A stretch of 64,000 bases of DNA from Alphaproteobacteria bacterium (GCA_017451625.1 JAFTNY010000004.1:2877-66876), one strand, 5' to 3'. Shown: positions 48,032-55,930, numbered from the stretch's first letter. Notes: a model not told the origin generated them from the letters alone. Numbers and translations are program-made.

Positions 48032-48466
48032 TTATAGTTTTCCGGCAATTAAGCAGTCTGTTAATGCGCGATGCGCGTCATCATAGCGGCGCAGGGGTGT
48101 TAATGTCAAGTTGTCAAGCATATAACATGTGCCAAATGCATCAAATGCAAACCAAAATAAATCGTTGCGTCCGAAAATTGTTTTGCCCATCGTGGATGCA
48201 ACAGTCGTGATGTCGTCGTTTACCTGTAATATCGTTGGGGCAGGGTATCGTATGCCCTGTGAGATTTCGTTTGGACCAAAGATATAGCCACTGCCCAGAT
48301 TTATTCCGCCTGTTTTTGTATACAATTCAATCATAAAGGATGGCAACATTGCGCGTCTGCGTTGTTGCAGGGCGGTGTTGGTCAAGGCGATTTGACTGGG
48401 TGTAGCCGGTGGCATCAGTTCGGCCCCACGCGATTTCATTAAAGATAAAAATTCATCACAGGTCAT
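48032..48466 (-). CDS. SUKH / SMI1-KNR4-like protein (putative immunity-type protein)
   Basis: 144 aa. LPSFMIELYTKTGGINLGSGYIFG and FGRNDLFWFAFDAFGTCYMLD follow the SUKH pattern. Confidence 0.4.
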   Translation of the reverse strand: MTCDEFLSLMKSRGAELMPPATPSQIALTNTALQQRRRAMLPSFMIELYTKTGGINLGSGYIFGPNEISQGIRYPAPTILQVNDDITTVASTMGKTIFGRNDLFWFAFDAFGTCYMLDNLTLTPLRRYDDAHRALTDCLIAGKL

Positions 48467-48488
48467 GTGTTTGGTTCACCATTTTATT

Positions 48489-48992
48489 TTACATGTCGTG
48501 GCCACCCGCCAGTTGTGCGCCCATTTGGGCCAAGCGGTCTTCGGTTGCGTTTCCGCCATCGCCGCCACCGGCGGTATGTGCCGGCAGGTATACCTTTTGT
48601 GCAGGGTTGGGCAGCCAGATTGTTGTGTTACCAGATTGATTTATTATAAAGCGATCCATATTGTGGCTGTGTGGGAATGTCCAACATATGAACATGTTAT
48701 CGATTTCCAGTTTGCCGCCCCATACCAATGGTACGCGAAAGCGAAATGATATGTTTTGTGGTACGCTGCGCCCCATAATCAGGTTCATAAATTCGTCTTG
48801 GGTAAGGTTCATGAATGCCAATGTTTCAACCGAATCGGTCAGCGACATCATGAACTGTTTACATAAATTTTTGTATTGGCTGAACCAATCGGGGGCAACG
48901 GGTGTTGGGGTTGGGGACACCTCAATCAACGGCATATCTGACATACCTAAATCTGAAATCATTTTTTCGGCCGCGCCGGCAGTCAGTTGCAT
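48489..48992 (-). CDS. hypothetical protein with a colicin-DNase-like H-N-H (beta-beta-alpha-Me) remnant
   Basis: 167 aa. VPLVWGGKLEIDNMFICWTFPHSHNMD aligns with colicin E9 [26 protein letters not shown], but the upstream HH dyad is replaced by FRFR. Confidence 0.4.
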   Translation of the reverse strand: MQLTAGAAEKMISDLGMSDMPLIEVSPTPTPVAPDWFSQYKNLCKQFMMSLTDSVETLAFMNLTQDEFMNLIMGRSVPQNISFRFRVPLVWGGKLEIDNMFICWTFPHSHNMDRFIINQSGNTTIWLPNPAQKVYLPAHTAGGGDGGNATEDRLAQMGAQLAGGHDM

Positions 48993-49915
48993 TAAATTTT
49001 CCCTAGGTAATCAATTACGGTTGATATATATGCAGAAAACGCATCAAAGTTGCCACTGTCATCGGCGGGCAGTGGTGGGTTTGGATGCGATGCCATATAT
49101 GTTTGCAATGCATTAATGCTGTCAAATGTCAAAATGTCCGATTCGGATGTGGTGCCTGCATCTGGGGCAGCGATAACAAATCCATGCACGTTTATGTAAA
49201 TGTCGTCCAAGGTGTCTGAAAATACCTGATTCATTGTGTTAATTGCGTTTTGTAGTGCAGATTTTTCAATTCCGACACCACCCAGCCATAATGTTTCGTC
49301 GGTCCCGATGGCCAGTAATGCAGTCTGGGTCGTGCCGATGCGTGGCGCAGTTTTTACCGTATAGCCGGTGTTGATAAAGATTTCACGTAATTGCGGCCAA
49401 TCGGTTTGTGGGGCTGATTGTACGGTGGGTGTTGGAATCGTTGTTGATTGTGGTTGTGTTTGTGGTGGCGTGCCAACCAATGTTGGGGTGATTGCAACAT
49501 TTAGGCGTGGTGGACGTGCCATTTCTGGGATTGGTGCAGGTGCAGGCGTTGTTAATGATGCCGTTGCCGGTGCCGCAGGCACAGGTTGTGATGTGGTGGG
49601 CGGTTGGCTAATGACCGTTGGTGTTGTGGTTGGGGCGGTGCCGGAGACATGTCGGATTGGCAGACGTATTTTGCGAAAGCGGGGACGTATCAGCAGGTAC
49701 AGTCCCAATATCACCACAATAACAGCGATAGTCATAGAGATGTAGAAGGCCGGACTGACCGGATTTTGGGCGGCCTGCATATATGCAAGGTGTTTCCAAT
49801 GAGATGCGGAAAACAGATTAAAACCAAATCTGGTGTTGAACCAAAAACAGGCACCCAATGTCGTTGCAGATAACCACAGTGTGCCAAGTAAAAAATTGTC
49901 TAATTTATTTTTCAT
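48992..49915 (-). CDS. inner-membrane protein with two TM segments, a ~100-aa Pro/Thr-rich linker and a C-terminal globular domain (unknown function)
   Basis: 307 aa. An RPRFRKIRLPIRH positive patch follows TM2, which predicts a cytoplasmic C-terminus. A TAATG overlap couples it to the next gene. Confidence 0.6.
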   Translation of the reverse strand: MKNKLDNFLLGTLWLSATTLGACFWFNTRFGFNLFSASHWKHLAYMQAAQNPVSPAFYISMTIAVIVVILGLYLLIRPRFRKIRLPIRHVSGTAPTTTPTVISQPPTTSQPVPAAPATASLTTPAPAPIPEMARPPRLNVAITPTLVGTPPQTQPQSTTIPTPTVQSAPQTDWPQLREIFINTGYTVKTAPRIGTTQTALLAIGTDETLWLGGVGIEKSALQNAINTMNQVFSDTLDDIYINVHGFVIAAPDAGTTSESDILTFDSINALQTYMASHPNPPLPADDSGNFDAFSAYISTVIDYLGKI

Positions 49916-49959
49916 TATGACTTTTATTGTATCATATTTGTGGTAAAGTAAAAAGCATA

Positions 49960-50637
49960 ATGATGGAAAGTGAGTTTAAGTTTGATGAAGTGCCGAATAC
50001 GAATGCCGCACTGTGGTGTGGGGCGGATTTAGATTCGGGTGAATTGGCGCGTATGGTCCAAGTGGCGGTTGAAAATAAAACGTCTGTGATGTCTGTTGTG
50101 CCGGCATCGGTTGGTGTTGTGTGGCCATGGCTGGAAGGGACGGCGATAAAGATTTTAGCGCGATTTTATTTTCCAGAAAAAAAGATTTCTGAACAGCAGG
50201 TTTCTGATATTACGGTGCGTATTAACGCGGCGTTTAAACAGGGCGCGCATGGTGCACAGGTGTTTTTGGGTGGGCCGGTGGCGTTATCGGAACTGGTGCG
50301 GCAGACGCATATGATTCGTGATGATTTATTCTTTGCCAAAGATTTGTCGATTGGGATGGATATTGGTGGTGTTGGCCCAAATGATTGGGATAGATTGTTT
50401 GCGGATTTGCGCAAGATAAATGCATCATCTGTTCTGTTCGTTATGACGCGGGATTTGGGGGCAAAATCTGACTTTGCGGCGCGGGTTTTTGGAATGCTGG
50501 ATGCGTGGTCTGATGAAAATAAGTTTGATGTGCATTTTATGTTGGGGGGCCATCCCATGTGGACCGAACAGGCGATGCGCCTGATACAAAAAATGCGACC
50601 AGAATTGATGTCAGGGTCGCGATTCTTTGTGTATTAA
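49960..50637 (+). CDS. hypothetical protein (possible DeoC-like TIM-barrel fold)
   Basis: 225-aa ORF from the first ATG. Weak DeoC-like N-terminal pattern VAVENKTSVMSVVPASVGVVWPWLEGTAIKILARFYFP. Confidence 0.5.
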   Translation: MMESEFKFDEVPNTNAALWCGADLDSGELARMVQVAVENKTSVMSVVPASVGVVWPWLEGTAIKILARFYFPEKKISEQQVSDITVRINAAFKQGAHGAQVFLGGPVALSELVRQTHMIRDDLFFAKDLSIGMDIGGVGPNDWDRLFADLRKINASSVLFVMTRDLGAKSDFAARVFGMLDAWSDENKFDVHFMLGGHPMWTEQAMRLIQKMRPELMSGSRFFVY

Positions 50638-51254
50638 TGTGTTAGTATCAGATATTTTGGTGCGTCGGTGCCGGCCTTGTTTTTATGCTGATACCGCGTT
50701 TGGATTATTTCCATGTCGGGAATTGTGGCCGTCAGGTCGGTGTCTTTGATTTGTTCCAGTATCCAATCAAAGTATTCCCAATGATCGGTGCCGATAATGA
50801 TTTCGCCGTCTGGTACCAAATATTTAGATAATGTGTTTAAAAATTCAGCAGATAGCAGGCGACGTTTTTCGTGTCGTGCCTTGGGCCAAGGATCGGGGTG
50901 CAAAACCCAAATCTGCGAAAATTTCGAATCGGTCGTGCGCAGGAAATCACGAACATCGTCCGCCCAGATGCGAATGCCAGAATATTCGTCCATAACCCGA
51001 TTCGTATTTGGGTCAGTTATTGCAGACAGCAGGGATGCGACCCCATTCATAAAAGGTTCGGCACCGATAATGATTTTGTTTGGCATGGCGCGCGCCAATT
51101 CGCGTACGTGTTCGCCTGCGCCAAAGCCGATTTCCAATATATCGCCAGTTGTTGGTTTTAATGCCGGCAACAGGTTGTTAATCAGGTCTTGTTGACGGGC
51201 GGATAATTTTTTGCCATGACGGCGACCAAATGTTCTTATTTCTTGTTTTTCCAT
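50634..51254 (-). CDS. trmB: tRNA (guanine-N7)-methyltransferase
   Basis: MEKQEIRTFGRRHGKKLS..., SAM motif LEIGFGAGE and HPDPWPKARHEKRR. The track ORF was trimmed to this ATG. Confidence 0.9.
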   Translation of the reverse strand: MEKQEIRTFGRRHGKKLSARQQDLINNLLPALKPTTGDILEIGFGAGEHVRELARAMPNKIIIGAEPFMNGVASLLSAITDPNTNRVMDEYSGIRIWADDVRDFLRTTDSKFSQIWVLHPDPWPKARHEKRRLLSAEFLNTLSKYLVPDGEIIIGTDHWEYFDWILEQIKDTDLTATIPDMEIIQTRYQHKNKAGTDAPKYLILTH

Positions 51255-51302
51255 AGTTTTAGTATAGAATTGGGTAATTAAAAACACAAGGAATATATAG
51301 AT

Positions 51303-51863
51303 ATGGCAGAATATCCACAGCGAATTGATGTTGAAAACTATGACTTTGATTTGTACAAGCCGGCGGCAACATTTTATGTTGCACAGTCTTTGTATGAAGT
51401 GGTCGACAGAAATCGTGATTTTTTCAGACCTTGGTTGGGGTGGGTGGACTATGTCCAGTCGCCCGAAGATGAATTTGAAGTGGTGAAATCTGTGGCGCGG
51501 CTGGATATGAATAAATATCTGCTGTTTGAACGTATGCGCCTGCGTGGTATGGTTGGGGTGGTGCGTGATGATAAATCTAATCAGACAATGGAAATTGGCT
51601 ATTGGTTGGACAAGGCGGCAAATGGTCGTGGGATGATGACCGTCGCCACCGACAGGGTACAAGATTTGTGCTTTGAAATTGGTGGGGCAAATCGTGTTGA
51701 AATTCGGTGTGCCACAGAAAACAAGGCATCGCGCGCAATTCCAGAACGGTTAAATTTTCATTTAGATGGTGTTTTGCGTGGGGCAGAGGTTTTGCCAAAC
51801 GGTGTTGTGCATGATATTGCAGTTTATTCAAAATTAAGACAGGAATGGAAAAAGGAAAGATAA
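51303..51863 (+). CDS. GNAT family N-acetyltransferase (RimJ/RimL-like)
   Basis: IGYWLDKAANGRGMMTVA and NKASRAIPERLNFHLDGVLR motifs. Confidence 0.8.
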   Translation: MAEYPQRIDVENYDFDLYKPAATFYVAQSLYEVVDRNRDFFRPWLGWVDYVQSPEDEFEVVKSVARLDMNKYLLFERMRLRGMVGVVRDDKSNQTMEIGYWLDKAANGRGMMTVATDRVQDLCFEIGGANRVEIRCATENKASRAIPERLNFHLDGVLRGAEVLPNGVVHDIAVYSKLRQEWKKER

Positions 51864-51865
51864 AG

Positions 51866-53443
51866 ATGAGAAGTGGTTTGTCAAAAGATTTAATTGCACG
51901 TGTGTTGGGCGCGGTACCGAAATATACATTGGATGAATTAGAGGCAAAGTTTCCGCCACGCAATTTGCCGGATGGGGCGATGGTCACACGTTTTGCGCCC
52001 AGTCCAACGGGATATATGCATATTGGTGGGCTGTATGGTGCATTGATTGACTGTAAATTGGCGCAGCAGTCGGGTGGGGTGTTTATGCTGCGAATCGAAG
52101 ATACAGATACAAAACGTGAAGTGCAGGATGCGGTTAAGATTATCGAGGAATCTATGCATCGATTCGGTTTGGCATATAATAATGATGTAGTTTATGGGCC
52201 ATACTATCAATCGCAACGCAAAGATATTTATCATTCTGTGGTGGCGTTTTTGTTAGAGAAGGGGTTGGCGTATCCTTGTTTTTTGACGGCAGAAGATATG
52301 GAACAAATTCGTGAAAATCAAAAGGCGGCAGGTTTTGCAACCGGTATCTATGGTGAATTTGCACGCGACAGAAATTTGACCGAAGAAGAAATTATTGCGC
52401 ATTTAGATAACGGGGCGGTGCCATCGATTCGTCTGTATTCGACCGGTAATCCAGAACAGCGTATTTTCTGCAAGGATGCAGTGCGTGGTTCGATTGGGTT
52501 CCCAGAAAATAATGAAGATATTGTTTTGATTAAATCAAATGATGGGTTGCCAACGTATCACTTTGCGCATTTGTGTGATGATCATTTTATGCGAACAACA
52601 CATGTTATTCGTGGTGAAGAATGGTTGCCGTCGTTGCCGCTGCATGTGCAGTTGTTCCGTATGATGGATTGGCGTGCGCCGTTGTATATTCATACGTCGA
52701 CCATTGATAAAATTGATGAAGAAACTGGGAAGCAGCGTAAACTGTCCAAACGTAAAGACCCCGAGGCAAATGTGGCGTTCTTTTTAAATGCAGGTTGGCC
52801 AGTAGAATCTGTGATTGAATATCTGGGGAATATTGCGGCATCGGGTTATGAAGAAGCCAAGGCAAAGGGGCAGGTTAAATCATTTTGGGACTATGAAATG
52901 CGTGCAAAGAAAATTCCGATGTCGGGCGCGCTGTTTGATATGAAAAAATTAGAATGGTGGGCGAAAGAGTTTATTGGTTCGTTGCCGGTGCCAGAATTGG
53001 TTGCGCGTGTTGTGCGCTGGGCCAATGAATATGGAACGGAAACGAATCGTATGCAGGTCGCAGATGCAGATTATTTAACAGGTGTTTTGGGAATTGAACG
53101 TGATAATCCAAAACGTGTGCGCAAGGACTTTATTACTTGGTCCCAGACGTTGGAAAATGTTGCGTTTTTCTGGGATGATTTGTTCGTGCCAAATTCAGAA
53201 TATGACTTTAATCAGGACGTGTTAAAGGCATTTTTGGAAACGTATAACGAATCGGATGACAAGGATACTTGGTGGGCAAAGATTGTTGCGATTGCCGAGG
53301 CATCAGGTGTTAAAAATGGCGATGTGGCGATGAATTTGCGTGTGGCATTGTCAGGTCGCACAAATACACCAGACCTGTATTCCATTATGTCGGTTATGGG
53401 TGCGGAACGCGTAATTAAACGAATCGAGGGGGCGATAAAATGA
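51866..53443 (+). CDS. gltX: glutamate--tRNA ligase
   Basis: RFAPSPTGYMHIGG (HIGH motif) and KLSKRK (KMSKS motif). The ATG lies 2 nt after the GNAT stop codon. Confidence 0.92.
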   Translation: MRSGLSKDLIARVLGAVPKYTLDELEAKFPPRNLPDGAMVTRFAPSPTGYMHIGGLYGALIDCKLAQQSGGVFMLRIEDTDTKREVQDAVKIIEESMHRFGLAYNNDVVYGPYYQSQRKDIYHSVVAFLLEKGLAYPCFLTAEDMEQIRENQKAAGFATGIYGEFARDRNLTEEEIIAHLDNGAVPSIRLYSTGNPEQRIFCKDAVRGSIGFPENNEDIVLIKSNDGLPTYHFAHLCDDHFMRTTHVIRGEEWLPSLPLHVQLFRMMDWRAPLYIHTSTIDKIDEETGKQRKLSKRKDPEANVAFFLNAGWPVESVIEYLGNIAASGYEEAKAKGQVKSFWDYEMRAKKIPMSGALFDMKKLEWWAKEFIGSLPVPELVARVVRWANEYGTETNRMQVADADYLTGVLGIERDNPKRVRKDFITWSQTLENVAFFWDDLFVPNSEYDFNQDVLKAFLETYNESDDKDTWWAKIVAIAEASGVKNGDVAMNLRVALSGRTNTPDLYSIMSVMGAERVIKRIEGAIK

Positions 53444-54177
53444 CAGTATCAAAGCGGGCCAGAGTTCGGGCCGTTAAAAAAGACGAACATGCATCAAAAT
53501 TGTTAAAGGTTCTGCGGGCGACAGGGCTGTTTCGTTGGGAAAAACCCAGCACGCGTGCAGAAGAGGTGGTAAATATTCTGACACATGGTATTGGTATTGG
53601 ATTGGCCATTGCGGCGTTGACACTGTTGGTTGTGTTCGCGGGTGTCAAGGGTGATGCGTGGGCGGTTGTGTCGTGTGCAATCTTTGGTGTGACGATGATA
53701 ACGTTGTATTTTGGTTCAACGATGTGTCATGCAACCATCGGTAAAAAGCACGAATGCTTTTTTGAGGTGTGGGACAGTGTTGCAATCTATGCGTTGATTG
53801 CGGGGACCTATACGCCGTTTTTATTGGTAAACCTGCGCGGGATTATTGGTTGGACGGTGTTTGGAATACTGTGGGCGATAGTGTTTTTTGGATCGTATAT
53901 GAAGATTAGAAATCCACGTCAACAGCCCAAGTGGATGGTTGGACTGTACGTTGCGATGGGGTGGACGTTGCTGTTTATATTGCCGGCGATGATTCGCAAT
54001 ATTCCGGAACGTGGTTTGTGGTTTATTCTGGCCGGTGGTTTGGCGTATACGATTGGGGTGATATTCTATCTGTGGCGGCGGATGAAGTTTTCGCACGCGG
54101 TGTGGCACCTGTTTGTGATTGGGGGAACGGTTTGTTTCTTTTTCGCCGTCTTGTTTGGGTGCATTTTGGATTTATAG
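53440..54177 (+). CDS. hemolysin III / PAQR family membrane protein
   Basis: Seven TM segments, with an EEVVNILTHGIG start and HAVWHLFVIGG near the C-terminus. Confidence 0.88.
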   Translation: MTVSKRARVRAVKKDEHASKLLKVLRATGLFRWEKPSTRAEEVVNILTHGIGIGLAIAALTLLVVFAGVKGDAWAVVSCAIFGVTMITLYFGSTMCHATIGKKHECFFEVWDSVAIYALIAGTYTPFLLVNLRGIIGWTVFGILWAIVFFGSYMKIRNPRQQPKWMVGLYVAMGWTLLFILPAMIRNIPERGLWFILAGGLAYTIGVIFYLWRRMKFSHAVWHLFVIGGTVCFFFAVLFGCILDL

Positions 54178-54193
54178 GGCGAAATGCATAAAA

Positions 54194-54361
54194 CTGGATT
54201 GCCACGCAAACTGGCGTTTGCTCGCAATGACAAAGATGAACTAATTAGACTGGATTGCCACGCAAACTGGCGTTTGCGCGCAATGACAAGAATTTTTAAG
54301 TTCCTAGAATATTAAGTGTCTTTGTCATTGCGAGGGAGTGTTAACGACCGCGGCAATCCAG
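54194..54361 (+). repeat. composite hairpin-repeat block L (2 forward CTGGAT...ATGAC units, an AT-rich spacer, 1 inverted GTCAT...ATCCAG unit)
   Basis: Units at 54194-54231, 54250-54287 and 54324-54361 (inverted). The linker is AAAGATGAACTAATTAGA. Confidence 0.85.
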
Positions 54362-54375
54362 TAAATAGAAGCGAA

Positions 54376-54684
54376 ATGAAAGAATATAAATTCTATGTTT
54401 ATATTATGTTTAATCGCAGAAATGGTACGTTGTACACTGGTATGACGGATGATGTTACAAGACGTGTTTGGGAACACAAAAATAAGATAAATCCAGATTC
54501 TTTTTCGGCACGATATGGTTGTGATAAGTTGGGATATTGGGAAGAGTTTCAATATGTAAATGATGCGATTGAACGTGAAAAGCACATCAAGTCGCAGTCA
54601 AGAAAATATAAATTAAGTTTGATTGAAAGTATAAATCCAGATTGGATGGATTTGAGTTTACAAGATATGTTTTGGGTTCGTTAA
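54376..54684 (+). CDS. GIY-YIG nuclease family protein (small stand-alone URI domain)
   Basis: MKEYKFYVYIMFNRRNGTLYTGMTDDVTRRVWEHKN...GYWEEF...REKHIKSQSRKYK. Confidence 0.85.
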   Translation: MKEYKFYVYIMFNRRNGTLYTGMTDDVTRRVWEHKNKINPDSFSARYGCDKLGYWEEFQYVNDAIEREKHIKSQSRKYKLSLIESINPDWMDLSLQDMFWVR

Positions 54685-54699
54685 AGCGGATTCTATTTA

Positions 54700-54896
54700 C
54701 TGTATTGCCACGCTGCGCTCGCAATGACAAAGATGAACTAATTAGACTGGATTGCCACGCTGTGCTCGTAATGACAAAGATGAACTAATTAGACTGGATT
54801 GCCACGCTGCGCTCGCAATGACAAAAGAGCTTAATTTTCTAGAAACTTAAAAACTTTTGTCATCGCGAGGGAGTGTAAACGACCGCGGCGATCCAG
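54700..54896 (+). repeat. composite hairpin-repeat block R (3 forward units, an AT-rich spacer, 1 inverted unit)
   Basis: Units at 54700-54728, 54747-54775, 54794-54822 and 54859-54896 (inverted). The linker and spacer architecture match block L. Confidence 0.85.
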
Positions 54897-55236
54897 TGGA
54901 TTAACATATTTTAATTGCGTTGGTTTTTGTTTTCTCTTATAATTGTTGTGCCGGTGGGGATTTCCCATGGGCGGGGTGTCGAAACCCGTTATTGTGATGT
55001 TGCATTGTGCAACATAGAAATACAGACATAGATATAGTTTTCGGCACCACATGGATGATTGCTGTCTGGGTGGTGTTGTTTTTTATAGATATGTCTGAAC
55101 CTGCCAATCCAACTGGGTTGGAGGGTGGCGATATATATAAATAAGCCCACAATTCACAATAATTGTTTCGAACCTCCAACCACTTGAAATTTTTTCAGTG
55201 GTTTTTGTTTTTTCATAAAACATCAGGAGGATTGAA

Positions 55237-55641
55237 ATGAAAAAAATTTTTGTTTTGTGTGTTGGTATGCTGCCAATGTTTGTTGATGACTGTTTTGGTG
55301 TGGCAGGATCGTTAATTTCTTTGAATCAAACAAAGTCGGAATGTATTGCAACGTGTGCGAACACACATTGTTGTACAAATGGTAAAACCTTTACCAAAGG
55401 GGTGTGTCCGACAGGGTGGACGTATAATGATGCAAGTGGGCGGTGTGAACGGACCGCAGAAACCACATATTCGGAAATTTTGCATCGTTATACGACGGTG
55501 CAATATTCTTCGTGTGAGGCCACAACATCAACAGAAGAAGCGTGGCAATGTGTTAATTATAGTTCGTCGTCAATAGGTTGGACAGGATGTTGTGTGATTA
55601 ATGCGACTAATACGGCGTGTTCAGCAATTTCTTTGATGTAA
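55237..55641 (+). CDS. small secreted cysteine-rich protein
   Basis: 134 aa with a hydrophobic N-terminus and about 14 Cys residues. AGGAGG Shine-Dalgarno sequence at 55225-55230. Confidence 0.6.
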   Translation: MKKIFVLCVGMLPMFVDDCFGVAGSLISLNQTKSECIATCANTHCCTNGKTFTKGVCPTGWTYNDASGRCERTAETTYSEILHRYTTVQYSSCEATTSTEEAWQCVNYSSSSIGWTGCCVINATNTACSAISLM

Positions 55642-55654
55642 AGGGGGTAAAGAT

Positions 55655-55930
55655 ATGAAGAAGATATTATTTGCCCTTTGTGTGGGATTGTGTGTGTTGT
55701 CGGTGTATGCAGATACATGTGCGGTTTCGTCTACGACGTATTCGTGTTATACGGGGTATTATTTAAGTGGTACATCGTGTGTGCGTTGCCCGTCGTCGGG
55801 TGGTGTATATGGAACAACGGTGGATAAAAATACGGGTGGGATTACCAGTTGCTATTTGCCGGCAGGATCGAGTTTCAGTGATAATATTGGGTCGGGAACG
55901 TATTCGGCAGATTGTTATTATTCGGAGTGA
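55655..55930 (+). CDS. small secreted cysteine-rich protein with a C-x-GYY...SCVRCP...CYYS module
   Basis: 91 aa. Signal peptide MKKILFALCVGLCVLSVYA-DT. The module is shared with the 59703-60329 product. Confidence 0.65.
   Translation: MKKILFALCVGLCVLSVYADTCAVSSTTYSCYTGYYLSGTSCVRCPSSGGVYGTTVDKNTGGITSCYLPAGSSFSDNIGSGTYSADCYYSE

Noticed and set aside
51255-51662. The 5' extension of the trmB ORF (track 50634-51662).
   Set aside because: The extension is His/Ile/Phe-rich low-complexity sequence antisense to the GNAT gene. The canonical TrmB N-terminus begins at the ATG at 51254.
54194-54896. Possible CRISPR array formed by the regularly spaced repeats around the GIY-YIG gene.
   Set aside because: The sequence between units is the same constant 18-nt linker rather than unique spacers. 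The units occur in both orientations, and no cas genes are present.
55160-55185. A tRNA-like T-arm signal (GTTTCGAACCTCC) in the non-coding region upstream of the Cys-rich genes.
   Set aside because: No acceptor, D or anticodon arms can be built on either strand. The sequence is better explained as one side of a 9-bp long-range stem.
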